Shown here piece by piece: positions 51,531 through 62,185 of a DNA stretch of 64,000 nt; within the stretch, counting starts at the first letter, position 1; each line of letters starts with the position of its first letter. The notes beneath the pieces were generated by a model. The model was given only the letters and a program-made list of their open reading frames with translations. It ran no database searches and was not told where the DNA came from. The position numbers and the translations under genes were made by a program. The stretch is from the sequence record MF498774.1; one strand, written 5' to 3'.

Positions 51531-51838
51531 TAAAACTTTCTCATCTGTTTTCCAACCTCGTTTGAATCTACAACAAGTTCGGTTGTATTGTTGCTTTTCA
51601 CCTGTTGGGTGATAGTAATATCCATCTTATCACCAATGATAGAATAGCACCCCTCACATGCGCCCCAGATATAAACGTTAGTCACTACCAATCCACTATC
51701 AGAAACAAAACTAATAAACCGATTGACAGGATCCCATTTGATAACGGTTACTGATTCCTTAACGCTAAAAGTGTTAACAATCCCAACCGGTGCACACCCA
51801 ACCAACAACAAAGTTAGACCAACAATTAATGCTCTCAT
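51530..51838 (-). CDS. Lipoprotein, paralog 2
   Basis: LVGC lipobox; CEGCYSIIGDK. Confidence 0.8.
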   Translation of the reverse strand: MRALIVGLTLLLVGCAPVGIVNTFSVKESVTVIKWDPVNRFISFVSDSGLVVTNVYIWGACEGCYSIIGDKMDITITQQVKSNNTTELVVDSNEVGKQMRKF

Positions 51839-52432
51839 ACAATTTCCCCTGATTGATATGCATCATAAGCTTTCCAGCGATCATCATTGTCATCATCCAT
51901 ATAATCAGCAGCAACAAGAACAACACCCTCAAGAGGCTTATAGTAATCAGAGCTGTTAATCAGTTCCTCAACCTTATCCCAACTACCTGCATTGATAAAA
52001 GTAGCCAGTGCACAATGGTTAAGATAGTTAACATAATTGGGAGTAGTGTGTGAACGTTCTACACAAGCACATGCATAAGCGTTAGGATACATTTTGATAT
52101 AGTCAATAACTTTCATATTATTCTCCAATAGGTGCCCAAATCAAAATACGGTTATCGCCTTCATCCTCATTCCAGACAGCAGAGAAACCATTCTTAACAA
52201 ACAACGGGATGATGTCATCTCGGATAAGGTCATAGAACATAACCCCATCAAGTTCAACATTACAAATACGCTCAATACCATAGATACTGAGGTCTGTTTC
52301 CAGTTCATCTAGATTCAGCATGGATTCAACCGTCTCGTCATAAATCCCTTGCACAATAGCCTTACGAAGTTCTACACGAGCTTGTTCTTTCTCACGAATG
52401 GCCTTTACCAATTCAGCAGCAGTCATAGTCAT
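51835..52432 (-). other. Two hypothetical genes (51835-52116, 52118-52432)
   Basis: ORF track. Confidence 0.65.
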
Positions 52433-52737
52433 TTCCTCAAAAATTCTTTAGTCTCATAACGGTTGATACTATAAGTAACACCACCATCATCCCAAGTTTT
52501 CTTGGTAACAGTTACAGAGAACTTATCACCCTTATAAGCATAACACCCACTACAGCGTTTAGCAACATATTGATTAATCAAAATACCATCAGATGTTATT
52601 ACCTTAATCCGCTGTCGCTTATGCCTCTTCACAAACTCAGTAACAACAACAGTATCTCGATAAGTTTCTTCGTGAACTACTTTAGGGACACAACCAACCA
52701 ATCCAATTACAGCCAATAAAGCAATGAGATTCTTCAT
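52429..52737 (-). CDS. Lipoprotein, paralog 3
   Basis: LVGC lipobox; CSGCYAYKGDK. Confidence 0.8.
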   Translation of the reverse strand: MKNLIALLAVIGLVGCVPKVVHEETYRDTVVVTEFVKRHKRQRIKVITSDGILINQYVAKRCSGCYAYKGDKFSVTVTKKTWDDGGVTYSINRYETKEFLRK

Positions 52738-53394
52738 CTAATCCTTCCAAAAATCTTTCTTACTCTCACGCTTTATACGCTCAACAACCATACCATTAAC
52801 CAACGCATTCAGTTTCTTAATAGTATCTTCACGACTCAATTTCTTTTTACGGATATTATAAAGTTTCCAGTACACAACCCAAGAAAGACATTTATCACAT
52901 CGAGTTATACCACCAAGACGAACCATTTGACATTTATCAAGAATAATATCAGCAGGATAATAGTTAAAACCAAAACCGTGATACTTCAACCATTCACGGA
53001 TAGAATCACGCTCGTTCTTAAACTTGTTTTCAGTGATATAAATGAACATCAAAAACCAAAACGTCAAGAGCCAAATAGCAACAACAACACCAATCACAAT
53101 ATATTCCATATCTTACTCCACGTAATCAATGCAGCACTTCAACACAGGAACCAACTCAGCTTCACTAGTCGGGTCTTCAAAGTCAACATTATCATAGCAA
53201 AGTTCTTCTGCGATAACAATAGAATGAATACCACGAACTAACGCAAAGTCACGCGCTACCTTTTCCAACTCACGGCCTTTGATAACCATCATAGCATTGT
53301 TATCAAGATACATACCAAAAACAGAAGTGATACCATAACCACGAGAGTTCAGTAGGGTTTTCATTTCAGCAGCAATTTCACGAATGTTTTTCAT
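52738..53394 (-). other. Two hypothetical genes (52738-53109 with TM, 53113-53394)
   Basis: ORF track. Confidence 0.65.
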
Positions 53395-53429
53395 ATCTAT
53401 CTCCAATCAGTCAGTAAGAACATGGTACT

Positions 53430-53665
53430 ACATCACCTAATGTGTGTCCACACTTTTTTGTTCTAGAATCAAACTTTTTAATTTAAGAACCAAACATTAT
53501 CAAAATATGAAAGAATGTTAACAGATATGAAAAGTTATGAAAATATGTGAAAGAATATTAACAGAATCCCTTATACCACAAGGGATAGAGAGAAAATGTT
53601 TTAAAATGGTGTATAAAAGAAAATGCACCAAAAAAGTGCATTTTACCCCTCTCACTATCGTTTGA
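53430..53665. other. AT-rich non-coding gap with direct and inverted repeats
   Basis: 17/18-nt direct repeat at 53508 and 53548; inverted repeats at 53566-53586 and 53620-53644. Confidence 0.6.
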
Positions 53666-53669
53666 TGAT

Positions 53670-54014
53670 TCAGCGGAACATTCGATTATATTCAGCGTGG
53701 TAAAGTTCCAAGCTACGTTCAAAAGCAGCTTTCTTTTCTTGTACATCGTCCCATAGTTCCCATAGAGCTTCAATGGTATTCATGGGATTGATATCATCTT
53801 CAACAATATCAAAATACTTCATTTCGCGTGAACTGATGAAAGCATAAAACCCATTGATGATTAGTTTTAATCCATCATTGGAGAGATACCAACCATGTTC
53901 ATTCTGGATTACTTCATGTGGTTCATTACCAATCTTAAACTCGATATCTTTATTAATATTGTCACACTGTCGGAACTCGTGTCGGGACTGTTCGTCTTTA
54001 AACTTAATCTTCAT
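53670..54014 (-). CDS. K[IV]RFK family protein with coiled-coil tail
   Basis: MKIKFKDEQSRHEF; true start 54014 with SD GGAG. Confidence 0.8.
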   Translation of the reverse strand: MKIKFKDEQSRHEFRQCDNINKDIEFKIGNEPHEVIQNEHGWYLSNDGLKLIINGFYAFISSREMKYFDIVEDDINPMNTIEALWELWDDVQEKKAAFERSLELYHAEYNRMFR

Positions 54015-54264
54015 AATGCATCTCCAAATATTGAGTTTCATCTTCAAAGAAGCAAGCATTCCATCCATTGTCTGGAACCGCTTTACCATACGTATTGAGA
54101 GTAATATTATTCCCTTTACTATCCACGAGTTCGATGCTTCCATCAAAGCACGTTTGAGCTTCATGGAAATCGTTACCCATGTATTCTGCGATAGACATAT
54201 TAGCTCGTCCGCCGGTGGTAAACTTGAACTTGGATTCGATATTTTTAAATCGCACTTTCATCAA
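54004..54264 (-). CDS. K[IV]RFK family protein
   Basis: MKVRFKNIESKFKF...ANMSIAEYMG. Confidence 0.8.
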   Translation of the reverse strand: MMKVRFKNIESKFKFTTGGRANMSIAEYMGNDFHEAQTCFDGSIELVDSKGNNITLNTYGKAVPDNGWNACFFEDETQYLEMHYED

Positions 54265-54616
54265 GCTTCTCCATTACTGCTTTGTTGTATTCAGTCATAG
54301 CATCATCATACTCTGCCTTCTTCTGTTGTGCGATATCCCAGAGTTCTTTGATAGATTTTTTCTTTTCAATCGGGAGAATATCCCATTCGAAAAATTGGTA
54401 TTCAGATGGGTGAATGAATGAGTCAACATCACCGTCATCAACCACCACTTCATTGTTGTTCTCATCTACCAGATACCAGCGACGACCATCAAATGAAACT
54501 CGATTCCAAACCATACCCATATGGTTTGCGATGTGGGTGTTTGCGTTTACACTACGGGATACAAAATGTTCTTTGTCCTTTTCGCTGAGGAAACGAATAC
54601 GCATAACATCTGTCAT
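54245..54616 (-). CDS. K[IV]RFK family protein with coiled-coil tail
   Basis: MRIRFLSEKDKEHF...ANTHIANHMG. Confidence 0.8.
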   Translation of the reverse strand: MTDVMRIRFLSEKDKEHFVSRSVNANTHIANHMGMVWNRVSFDGRRWYLVDENNNEVVVDDGDVDSFIHPSEYQFFEWDILPIEKKKSIKELWDIAQQKKAEYDDAMTEYNKAVMEKLDESAI

Positions 54617-54619
54617 AAT

Positions 54620-54853
54620 TTATTCTCCTTTATTATCTTGGGTTGGAACGAAATCTACTTCCCCATCAATGTACACGTTAAGAATACCTGAATCGTCTTC
54701 GTAAGTAAAGGCCAGATTTGAGTTGGTATTAGCAACCGACATTTCTACTTTGTGCCCAGTAGAGGAAAGACGTTCAACAGGGACAAAGAGGTTCTGTTGT
54801 GGATTGGTACAACCTTTATCAACGAATGTATTGTAGATAGTTCGAATATCCAT
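54620..54853 (-). CDS. Hypothetical protein
   Basis: ORF track. Confidence 0.65.
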   Translation of the reverse strand: MDIRTIYNTFVDKGCTNPQQNLFVPVERLSSTGHKVEMSVANTNSNLAFTYEDDSGILNVYIDGEVDFVPTQDNKGE

Positions 54854-54913
54854 TTAAATTTCCTTTTGATGACAACGGAACAAGTACCAATATACAGATA
54901 ACCTAATAGATGG

Positions 54914-55210
54914 TCAACTGTTTTCTTTAACCGATTGGATATAGTCGTTGAAAGCCTTGTCGTATTCGGCCTTCTTTTCTAACATGATATCGAAAAGGGT
55001 TTTGGGATCATCTTCAATCCAATCGAAGAAATCGTGTTCGGATTCAAGGATAAGAGTGCAATCAAGAATGTCGGTTTCGATATAGTAATGACCATGGATC
55101 TTAACTACTTCAACTGGGTGCATTCTCATAAAATCCGCGATTTCCAAATTTTCTACCGATGCAGCTTTAAAATCGCGTAGATGCTGTTCTGATTTAAAAC
55201 GGATCTTCAT
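54914..55210 (-). CDS. K[IV]RFK family protein with coiled-coil tail
   Basis: MKIRFKSEQHLRDF. Confidence 0.8.
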   Translation of the reverse strand: MKIRFKSEQHLRDFKAASVENLEIADFMRMHPVEVVKIHGHYYIETDILDCTLILESEHDFFDWIEDDPKTLFDIMLEKKAEYDKAFNDYIQSVKENS

Positions 55211-55213
55211 ATC

Positions 55214-55462
55214 TTATTCCCCTTCAATAACAAAGTAACGACGCTCACCCTTATGGATAACCGCATTCCACCCTTCAAACCCAGAGATATATGGATCTGG
55301 AATAGTGATACCACAATTATTATCATCTATCAGCCCAATATCCCCGCTACAATAATTGTATGCTTCGTGTGTATCCATTCCCATATAGTTTGCAATAGCA
55401 ACGTTAGCACGACAATTGGAGAAGTCCTGATGGGCTTGTTCATCTTTAAAACGAATCTTCAT
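55214..55462 (-). CDS. K[IV]RFK family protein
   Basis: MKIRFKDEQAHQDF...ANVAIANYMGMDTHEA. Confidence 0.8.
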   Translation of the reverse strand: MKIRFKDEQAHQDFSNCRANVAIANYMGMDTHEAYNYCSGDIGLIDDNNCGITIPDPYISGFEGWNAVIHKGERRYFVIEGE

Positions 55463-55465
55463 AAT

Positions 55466-55681
55466 TTATTCCTCAACAATAGTGAAGTAATGGCTTTCGT
55501 CTTCAATTTGGATAGTGAAATCTCCATCAATAGTATCCCAGAAATCACCGGTATCGTCAATCTCTACTTTGAAGGTTTTCATACCAAAATTCTTAACCAT
55601 GTTGTGGTTGTGGCGGTGGAAAGACGGATCCCGTTTAGAAAACTCTTCCATGGCTTTTTCATCTTTAAAACGAATCTTCAT
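55466..55681 (-). CDS. K[IV]RFK family protein
   Basis: MKIRFKDEKAMEEF. Confidence 0.8.
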   Translation of the reverse strand: MKIRFKDEKAMEEFSKRDPSFHRHNHNMVKNFGMKTFKVEIDDTGDFWDTIDGDFTIQIEDESHYFTIVEE

Positions 55682-56131
55682 TTACTTAATCTCCACCAGA
55701 CGCCACGGGATCATACCAATGGTGTAGAAGCACCAAGACATTGAGCTATCTTGGATATTGTAGATAGTACCATCATCCATCTCAATCACCGTAATCCCTT
55801 CGGTGTAGCCCGTCTTGAGGGTTTCTTTTACTGTGAAATAGTTACCAACTACCATCAGTGGAAACTCTGATTTCATGATAGGGCTTACTTCTTCGATGAT
55901 TTTGAATTTCTTGTTTAGCATATCTTTATTCCTCTAATAGTTGGCGAACAGTATTCACCCCTTGAATTCAATTCCGAAATCTCTCTTTAGTGCTACAATA
56001 GCCTTGCGCCTTACCTCACTAGTTGAACCACTTCGTGCTAATGATTCAAGGCCAATGATTCGTGAGTTTGCTGGATGACGGCCTTGGTCCCAGACGCTTT
56101 TTATGCTCGGAATGTGATTGGTCTTTGACAC
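55682..56131 (-). other. Two small hypothetical genes (55682-55921, 55955-56131)
   Basis: ORF track plus SD inspection. Confidence 0.6.
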
Positions 56132-56135
56132 TAAA

Positions 56136-56378
56136 TTATTCCTCAATGATAAAGAACTGTTGTTCACCTTGATGTACCTGTGCTTCCCACTGGTCGAATT
56201 CACCAACAGTGATTGGGTCGCCGTTAACGTCTACCAGAGCAATGATGGTCTTACCACACTCTTCATACGAAATGGCGTCATGGGTATCCATTCCCATATA
56301 TTCTGCAATAGCTGCATTTGCATCAGACATACACAAGAATTCATATTGGGCGTCGGTATCTTTGAAACGAATTTTCAT
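56136..56378 (-). CDS. K[IV]RFK family protein
   Basis: MKIRFKDTDAQYEF...ANAAIAEYMGMDTHDA. Confidence 0.8.
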   Translation of the reverse strand: MKIRFKDTDAQYEFLCMSDANAAIAEYMGMDTHDAISYEECGKTIIALVDVNGDPITVGEFDQWEAQVHQGEQQFFIIEE

Positions 56379-56379
56379 A

Positions 56380-58048
56380 CTAGCTCCTTAACAATCAACA
56401 CAAACATTATAAAACAGATTACCAGAGTAAACAACCCACCAATCCCACCATTTGCATCTTTTTTACCAGCCCATTCAGCAACATGAATAAGAAAGAGGCC
56501 GAGTGATACCAGAACCAAGGAAATGAGGATATTCATCATACTTCCAGACTATCCAGAGCTTCCCGTCGTTTAGCTTTTGCCTTTTCTTGTGTATGGTTAT
56601 TATAACGTTTAAGGGCTCGGTGTCGCGCATTATCCAGTGCTTTGATTTCTTTCTTGTTGTTATTGATATCGAAAATCTCAATACATGTAGTTCCGCCATT
56701 GGTATTGGATTTGTTAAGGAAAATACTGCGGGGTTTTCCTTCGGCATCACAACTAAAACCAAGATGAAAACCTTCAAAGAAAACAGTCCGTGGCGTATCA
56801 CCAAAGATATCCCCAGTCGGATGGGTATCCATATACTGTACCATGGCAGCGGCTTTAGGGTCGATTTTACGGAAGAATGAGAACATAATAAGCTCCTTAG
56901 TGAACCAGAGTTTTTGCTTTCTTGGTGATGATGGTAACGGCCTTGCAACCGTTCTTGCGAACACCACGACCGACAGACAGGGTTTTGTTCCCGGTAGAGT
57001 TCACATCGACAGTACGAGCCCAACGATTGGTGGCCTGAGTACCGTTGTCAGTCATTTTACCAAAACCAGCAACACGAGCAGCGGAACGAGTGGCGAAGAA
57101 GATTTGTGCAGTCATGATGATTTCCTTTTTCAAGAGAGGGTTTCTGTCTACGGGATTAGTATCTCAAAACACGCTTTCGGAGTCAACTATTTATTTTGTT
57201 TTCTTTGCAATTGCCCAAGCTGCTTTGAACTCGTCTACCATATCAACTGGGATCATGTAACCACAACCAATACCCTCGTCATAGAGTGGGCACATATCGG
57301 AATGGTCTCGCCAAGTGAGAACACGACCGTCACCGCGAATCCCTATTTCCATAGCATCGATAACAGCCTCAACGCGAGCAATACGATCCCCATCTTTATC
57401 GTGAATGGAAAATGCCCAGTTACCACGATATTCAGAACCAAGGTTAATTGCGTCACGTTGGAGTTTCATATTAATTCCTTTTGAGTTCGTTTCAACAAGG
57501 ACATTATTACATTACCAGATTATGGGGTCAATCAGTTTTTCAAAAGATTTTTGATTTCTTCCATCTCATCTTTCAGATCGCTAATCCAATATTGAGCAGG
57601 GAAGCAATTCAGGAACTCCATATAAGCCCGGATAACCTCGATGCATTCTTCTACATCACCGAGATAAATCATTTCGCAAGCCCAGTCATAATCGACACCA
57701 TAAACGGTTTGGGCTGCATCATACACTTCATCAGTGATATTGTTCTCAGCAACGTTGATAACTTTTTTGGCAAGGGAAACGACGTAGTTCATGATAACAC
57801 CTCTCTCGATTCGATATTTAAACCATATCCACTTCGACAGTAGAGAAATTCAGAATGGAAAGTCCATACCCATTATCACCGGTAATCACTGGCTTCATAT
57901 ACAGAGGGAATTCGCTTTCTTCGTAATCCCGACCCATAAAACTCCGATCACAGAAATTGTGCTCTTTCATAATCAGGGTGGAGAACTTATCAAACTCTTC
58001 CACAGAAGAAATCAAGGTATAACCAATTTTAGTCATGAACTCTTTCAT
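56380..58048 (-). other. Six small early genes (about 56380-56538 with TM, 56536-56886, 56897-57115, 57191-57469, 57532-57792, 57818-58048)
   Basis: ORFs with SDs; duplicated 24-bp leader at 57794-57817 and 58050-58073. Confidence 0.7.
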
Positions 58049-58107
58049 AATAACACCTCTCTCGATTCGATATGGAAATGATATACTTTGTTTGTGGATG
58101 ATGTCAA

Positions 58108-58587
58108 TCAATTCCGAAAAATATTTTCCATTTCTTGTACTGTCATACCAGCTTTATTAGCAATTTCCTGTTTCTTGAGGCGCTTATCAATTTGAGCTTG
58201 AACGGATTCATTCATCTTAACTTCGTTGATGGACACATACAACTCACCATCAACACGGATAAACGGAACTTCCGCCATAGGGGTTTTGTTGGTGATAGAA
58301 TAGTGTTCTGCAACCTTCTCATCAGTGGTTGTAACAGCGCCATATCCGTTCGCAATCAACCAAGCTTTTTCTTCAATGACAACTTCGAAATAAGAGACGC
58401 TTTCGATGATGGTCAGATAGTCCTTACCAAACGAGTAATCCCGTGTGTAATAACCATCATACTTAGTTTCCTTCTGCCAATTAGCACCATTCTCAATGGC
58501 GTCAATGACTTTCTTGCCCCATTCAGTCAATCCAAAACGAGAAATGAATTTGGAGCGGATAATAGGTGATTTGAATTTCAGTTTCAT
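58108..58587 (-). CDS. K[IV]RFK family protein with C-terminal extension
   Basis: MKLKFKSPIIRSKF...SYFEVVIEE. Confidence 0.7.
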   Translation of the reverse strand: MKLKFKSPIIRSKFISRFGLTEWGKKVIDAIENGANWQKETKYDGYYTRDYSFGKDYLTIIESVSYFEVVIEEKAWLIANGYGAVTTTDEKVAEHYSITNKTPMAEVPFIRVDGELYVSINEVKMNESVQAQIDKRLKKQEIANKAGMTVQEMENIFRN

Positions 58588-58599
58588 ATTAATTTCCTC

Positions 58600-59170
58600 T
58601 TACTTAGAAGCGTAATAAATCGCAGCCCGGAGATTTACCAGAGCCATATCAAGGTGAATACCAATCAGGTCATCCTCATAAGAATCACCACGGTCTGAAA
58701 CAGTTTTTGCATCATCGACATTACGAAGGGCTGAATCGATATAACCCCGAACCTCATCATCTCCAAAAGGAACCGCGATATAGACGTGGGAAAGGGTTTG
58801 CATGACATCAGAATAATCGCAGTCAGAAACCTCAAATTTCTTGGATAAACATTTAACGGATTCTAAAGCTTCACGCAGGGCGATGGCGATTTCCATAATA
58901 TTCTCCTTAGACTTCGACACGAACAACAGTATAACCGTAACCAAGATAACCCAGTTCTTCTTGCATCACATCAGCTCGACGTTGGGCTTCATCACGCGCT
59001 TTTCCATCATATTCAACTGTGGTCTCTACGTGTACCGAAACAACGTGGTCGAAGCTATCAGGGCCGTTTTCCAGTACCGCATATGCATTGCGATAAACCA
59101 GACCTTGGCGCTTTTTGGATTTTGCTTCTTCCAGCTTGATAGCGATTGCATTCATCATTTCGTTTACCAT
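58600..59170 (-). other. Two hypothetical genes (58600-58896, 58907-59170)
   Basis: ORF track plus SD inspection. Confidence 0.65.
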
Positions 59171-59237
59171 AAGAACCTCCCGTTTCGATATACACATAGT
59201 AAAACAAATGACTCACCAAAGCAAGCCATTTTTCATT

Positions 59238-59912
59238 TTATTTTATCCGACAAATCAATCTCTTATAAACAAACGCCTTATCTTTACAGTGTTTATTGTT
59301 ACTTATTATCTTTTCAATAGAAAACGTGATACCCAGAGGTAATAAAAATTCCATCTCGGATTTGAAAGAAGATTCTTTGTCTTTTAAAACTGTGCAAACT
59401 GGAATGGCCTTCATATCGTTAACATAGAACTCAATTTGAATTTTTACATTATCATCTCGCATCCCATCAACTGGCTTAAACGGTACTGGGTTTATTGATG
59501 TGGAACAAAACCCAAGATTCGTTATCTCTTTCTTTTTCAGCACTTCTTTCCACTGAGATTTAGATAGGTATATAGTTCTATACAATCTAGCGGATATAGT
59601 ACAAGAACGGTCTATCACGTCCTGCATTTTTCTAATGTATTCGTTGACATCTTCCGCTGATGGATTTAGATCTGGTGATAATTCTTCACCACAAAGAAAC
59701 TTATTTGTATTGATATAGTAGTCTAGAGCATAGTTTTCGATCAGTTCTTTGTCTTCTTTCGTATATGACGATATATCAATATTGTCAAATGCAGATGCCA
59801 TAATACTTCTATAATTATACGAAGATGAAGACCTAATCTTTACTATGTCTTCATCAGAAAAAAGATTCATAATGTTAACTGTCGTTTCGTCATTATTTTC
59901 GTTTGCATTCAT
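59238..59912 (-). CDS. NAD:arginine ADP-ribosyltransferase (Alt/Mod/VIP2-like fold)
   Basis: LYR, GFCSTS and SEMEFLLP form the R-STS-ExE triad. Confidence 0.85.
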   Translation of the reverse strand: MNANENNDETTVNIMNLFSDEDIVKIRSSSSYNYRSIMASAFDNIDISSYTKEDKELIENYALDYYINTNKFLCGEELSPDLNPSAEDVNEYIRKMQDVIDRSCTISARLYRTIYLSKSQWKEVLKKKEITNLGFCSTSINPVPFKPVDGMRDDNVKIQIEFYVNDMKAIPVCTVLKDKESSFKSEMEFLLPLGITFSIEKIISNNKHCKDKAFVYKRLICRIK

Positions 59913-59926
59913 AAAGTATTATCCGT

Positions 59927-61904
59927 TCAACCCAGAATCTTACTGAAATCCATAATGGATAGAAGGGTTACATACCCGTTGATGGACATTGCACACAGGG
60001 CAAAGTGCATCAAGTAAGAAAGGAATTTCTCTACCTTACTGTATTGGCGAGATTCGTAATAGGTTGCAACACCGTTGAACACGATACCACACAGAAACAT
60101 GGTGGTAATAAGAACGAAACCAATTTGACTATTAATAAAATCCATCATAATAAACTCCTTACAGGTAGTGGTCTTTCATTTCAAACGGGATATTGTTTTC
60201 TTCTGCCAGATGTTTCATGGTAGCAACATCACTCACCTCACAGGTGGTAACGTAATCATTGAAACTTGGTTCAGTCAGGATAACCCGGTGGCCGTCAATA
60301 TCGAAAATGTAATTGGTCTGGGTAAAACCGATATCTGCATCATAATTGGTCTCGGTAGCGTAATAACCCACACCAATCATTTCCAGAAGTTCCAACAGGT
60401 CTTGAATATCAAAGCGAATATACATAATCAATTCTCTAATGAAAGTGGGAAACTCCCCAACAAGGAAAGTATCCCATAAATCGATTACCGTTACAAGTAG
60501 TTTTTACATAACTTGCAAAAGAAAATTATATTCGTCGATACTAAGTTCGACCATTGGAACCAGATCACTATCCAGAGACATAATAAATTCGATGACTTGA
60601 GCCTTCTCGCTCGGATAAGTATCAATCGTATCCTGTGACATCCAATATAACTTAAGTTGGACATTCTTTGTATCAATCAAAGCCTTCATACTATCCCCCT
60701 TAGAAAGTCATCATAATCGGTTGGGCTCCACAGATCGTCGTCCCAGCACTCCTGTTTCTTAGGAAGCGATTTAACGTGCTCAGACCAGCGTTTGGCAGCC
60801 TTGTAAGTGTAGAAGGTGCGATTAGTACCACCCGGATGACTACCACCAATACCAGCATCGGTAAGGCTGAAATCATCATTAAAGAAGTTACTCACTTCTC
60901 GAACCACACCGAATTTGTAACTATTGGTTTTGAACCACTTACGATAGTTCACCCACAGAGTACCATTCAGCACAGAATCTTTTTTCTTGTACACAAACGG
61001 ACGAGAGGTGATCAGAAGCTTGGTGATGAAACCAGTAGGGCCACATACACGATATACAGTCTGACCAGCGCGGAGAGATTTTGCAGTTACTTTACCTTTA
61101 GCCATGATAGCTCCTTAGAGTGCGGGTTTTGCTTTAGCGTGATAAACACCAATATATTTTTCTTGAATCTTCTCAACTGCACATTTCGGGGAGTTTGCCC
61201 AAACGTATTCTGTAAGGACTTTATCACCAAATGCATTTTGGATTTTGAAGGAAACAATAAAACTTTTCATAATATCCCCTTAATAATTCTTAACAACGAT
61301 ATGAGAGATGGAATCACCGTAAGTTTCCAGCGCCTGTTTGGTGTACATACGGCCTTTATTCTCTACACCATTTTCGGTGGTGATGCTCACATCAACAACA
61401 AAGTCCATACCACCATTATCAAGCGCGGCCTTCATGGTAATGGTTCCGATTGTGGAAGTACAAACCAGAGTTTGATTACCAAGCATGTTATTCAGGCGAT
61501 TGCGGAGTTTGGTGTTCATAGTCATTTCCTTCTCAGTTGGTGTACAGACATATTACCAGAACCACTTATCGAGTCAAACGTTATTTGATAAATTCTTTGT
61601 TCAAACGGTAAATATTTTCTTCGTAATAGTTGTCACCATAAACACGGTCACGACCATAGTTGTATTTCTTCAAAGTGGGTTCTTTGACACTGAACTTGTG
61701 GTCAACAATCAGAACACCAGCCTTAATGAGAGCGCGAACAGTAGCACGGTTAACAGCACCCAGACGGAAAGTCATATCTTCTTTGGCCTTACCCTTGGGA
61801 GTGTTTTCCCAACGAACCAAATCAACTTGATACTGGTTCCAAAGACGCTCAACTTCCGCAACACAAATAGCAACTACTTCGTTTTGGGCTTTGCTGAGTT
61901 TCAT
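59927..61904 (-). other. About seven small hypothetical early genes
   Basis: 59927-60148 (TM), 60159-60431, 60504-60689, 60686-61105, about 61115-61270, 61280-61525, 61581-61904. Confidence 0.65.
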
Positions 61905-61943
61905 GATTTCTTCCTTTCCGTCTCTCGTTTCGATATGGATATA
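61899..61943 (-). repeat. 45-bp promoter/leader/SD/start cassette duplicated at 62987-63031
   Basis: Exact match read by hand. Confidence 0.85.
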
Positions 61944-61957
61944 ATACCAGAACTAGA

Positions 61958-62176
61958 CTACGATGCAACAACTATTTCAAAATAAATTCCTTCACCAGTT
62001 TTATGGATAGTGAAATCGCCATCAACTGTATCCCACCAAGATTCGGTAATATCAACCTCAACCTCGAAAGGGTTCATACCATGACGAAGAACCAGATCTT
62101 TATTGTGGGAAGACCAACCAAGATTGATATTTGCGAACTCGTTCATATGTGCTTCGGATTTGAATTTGATTTTCAT
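61958..62176 (-). CDS. K[IV]RFK family protein (close to 55466-55681)
   Basis: MKIKFKSEAHMNEF...WDTVDGDFTI. Confidence 0.8.
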   Translation of the reverse strand: MKIKFKSEAHMNEFANINLGWSSHNKDLVLRHGMNPFEVEVDITESWWDTVDGDFTIHKTGEGIYFEIVVAS

Positions 62177-62185
62177 AATAGATCC

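Noticed and set aside
54015-54164. N-terminal extension of ORF 53670-54164
   Set aside because: It overlaps the upstream paralog; the family motif and SD place the start at 54014.
60776-61588. 270-aa + strand ORF, and similar long ones at 36144-36884, 42862-43434, 49391-49963 and 56843-57484
   Set aside because: Antisense shadows of well-formed - strand genes; no SD, promoter or recognisable motif.
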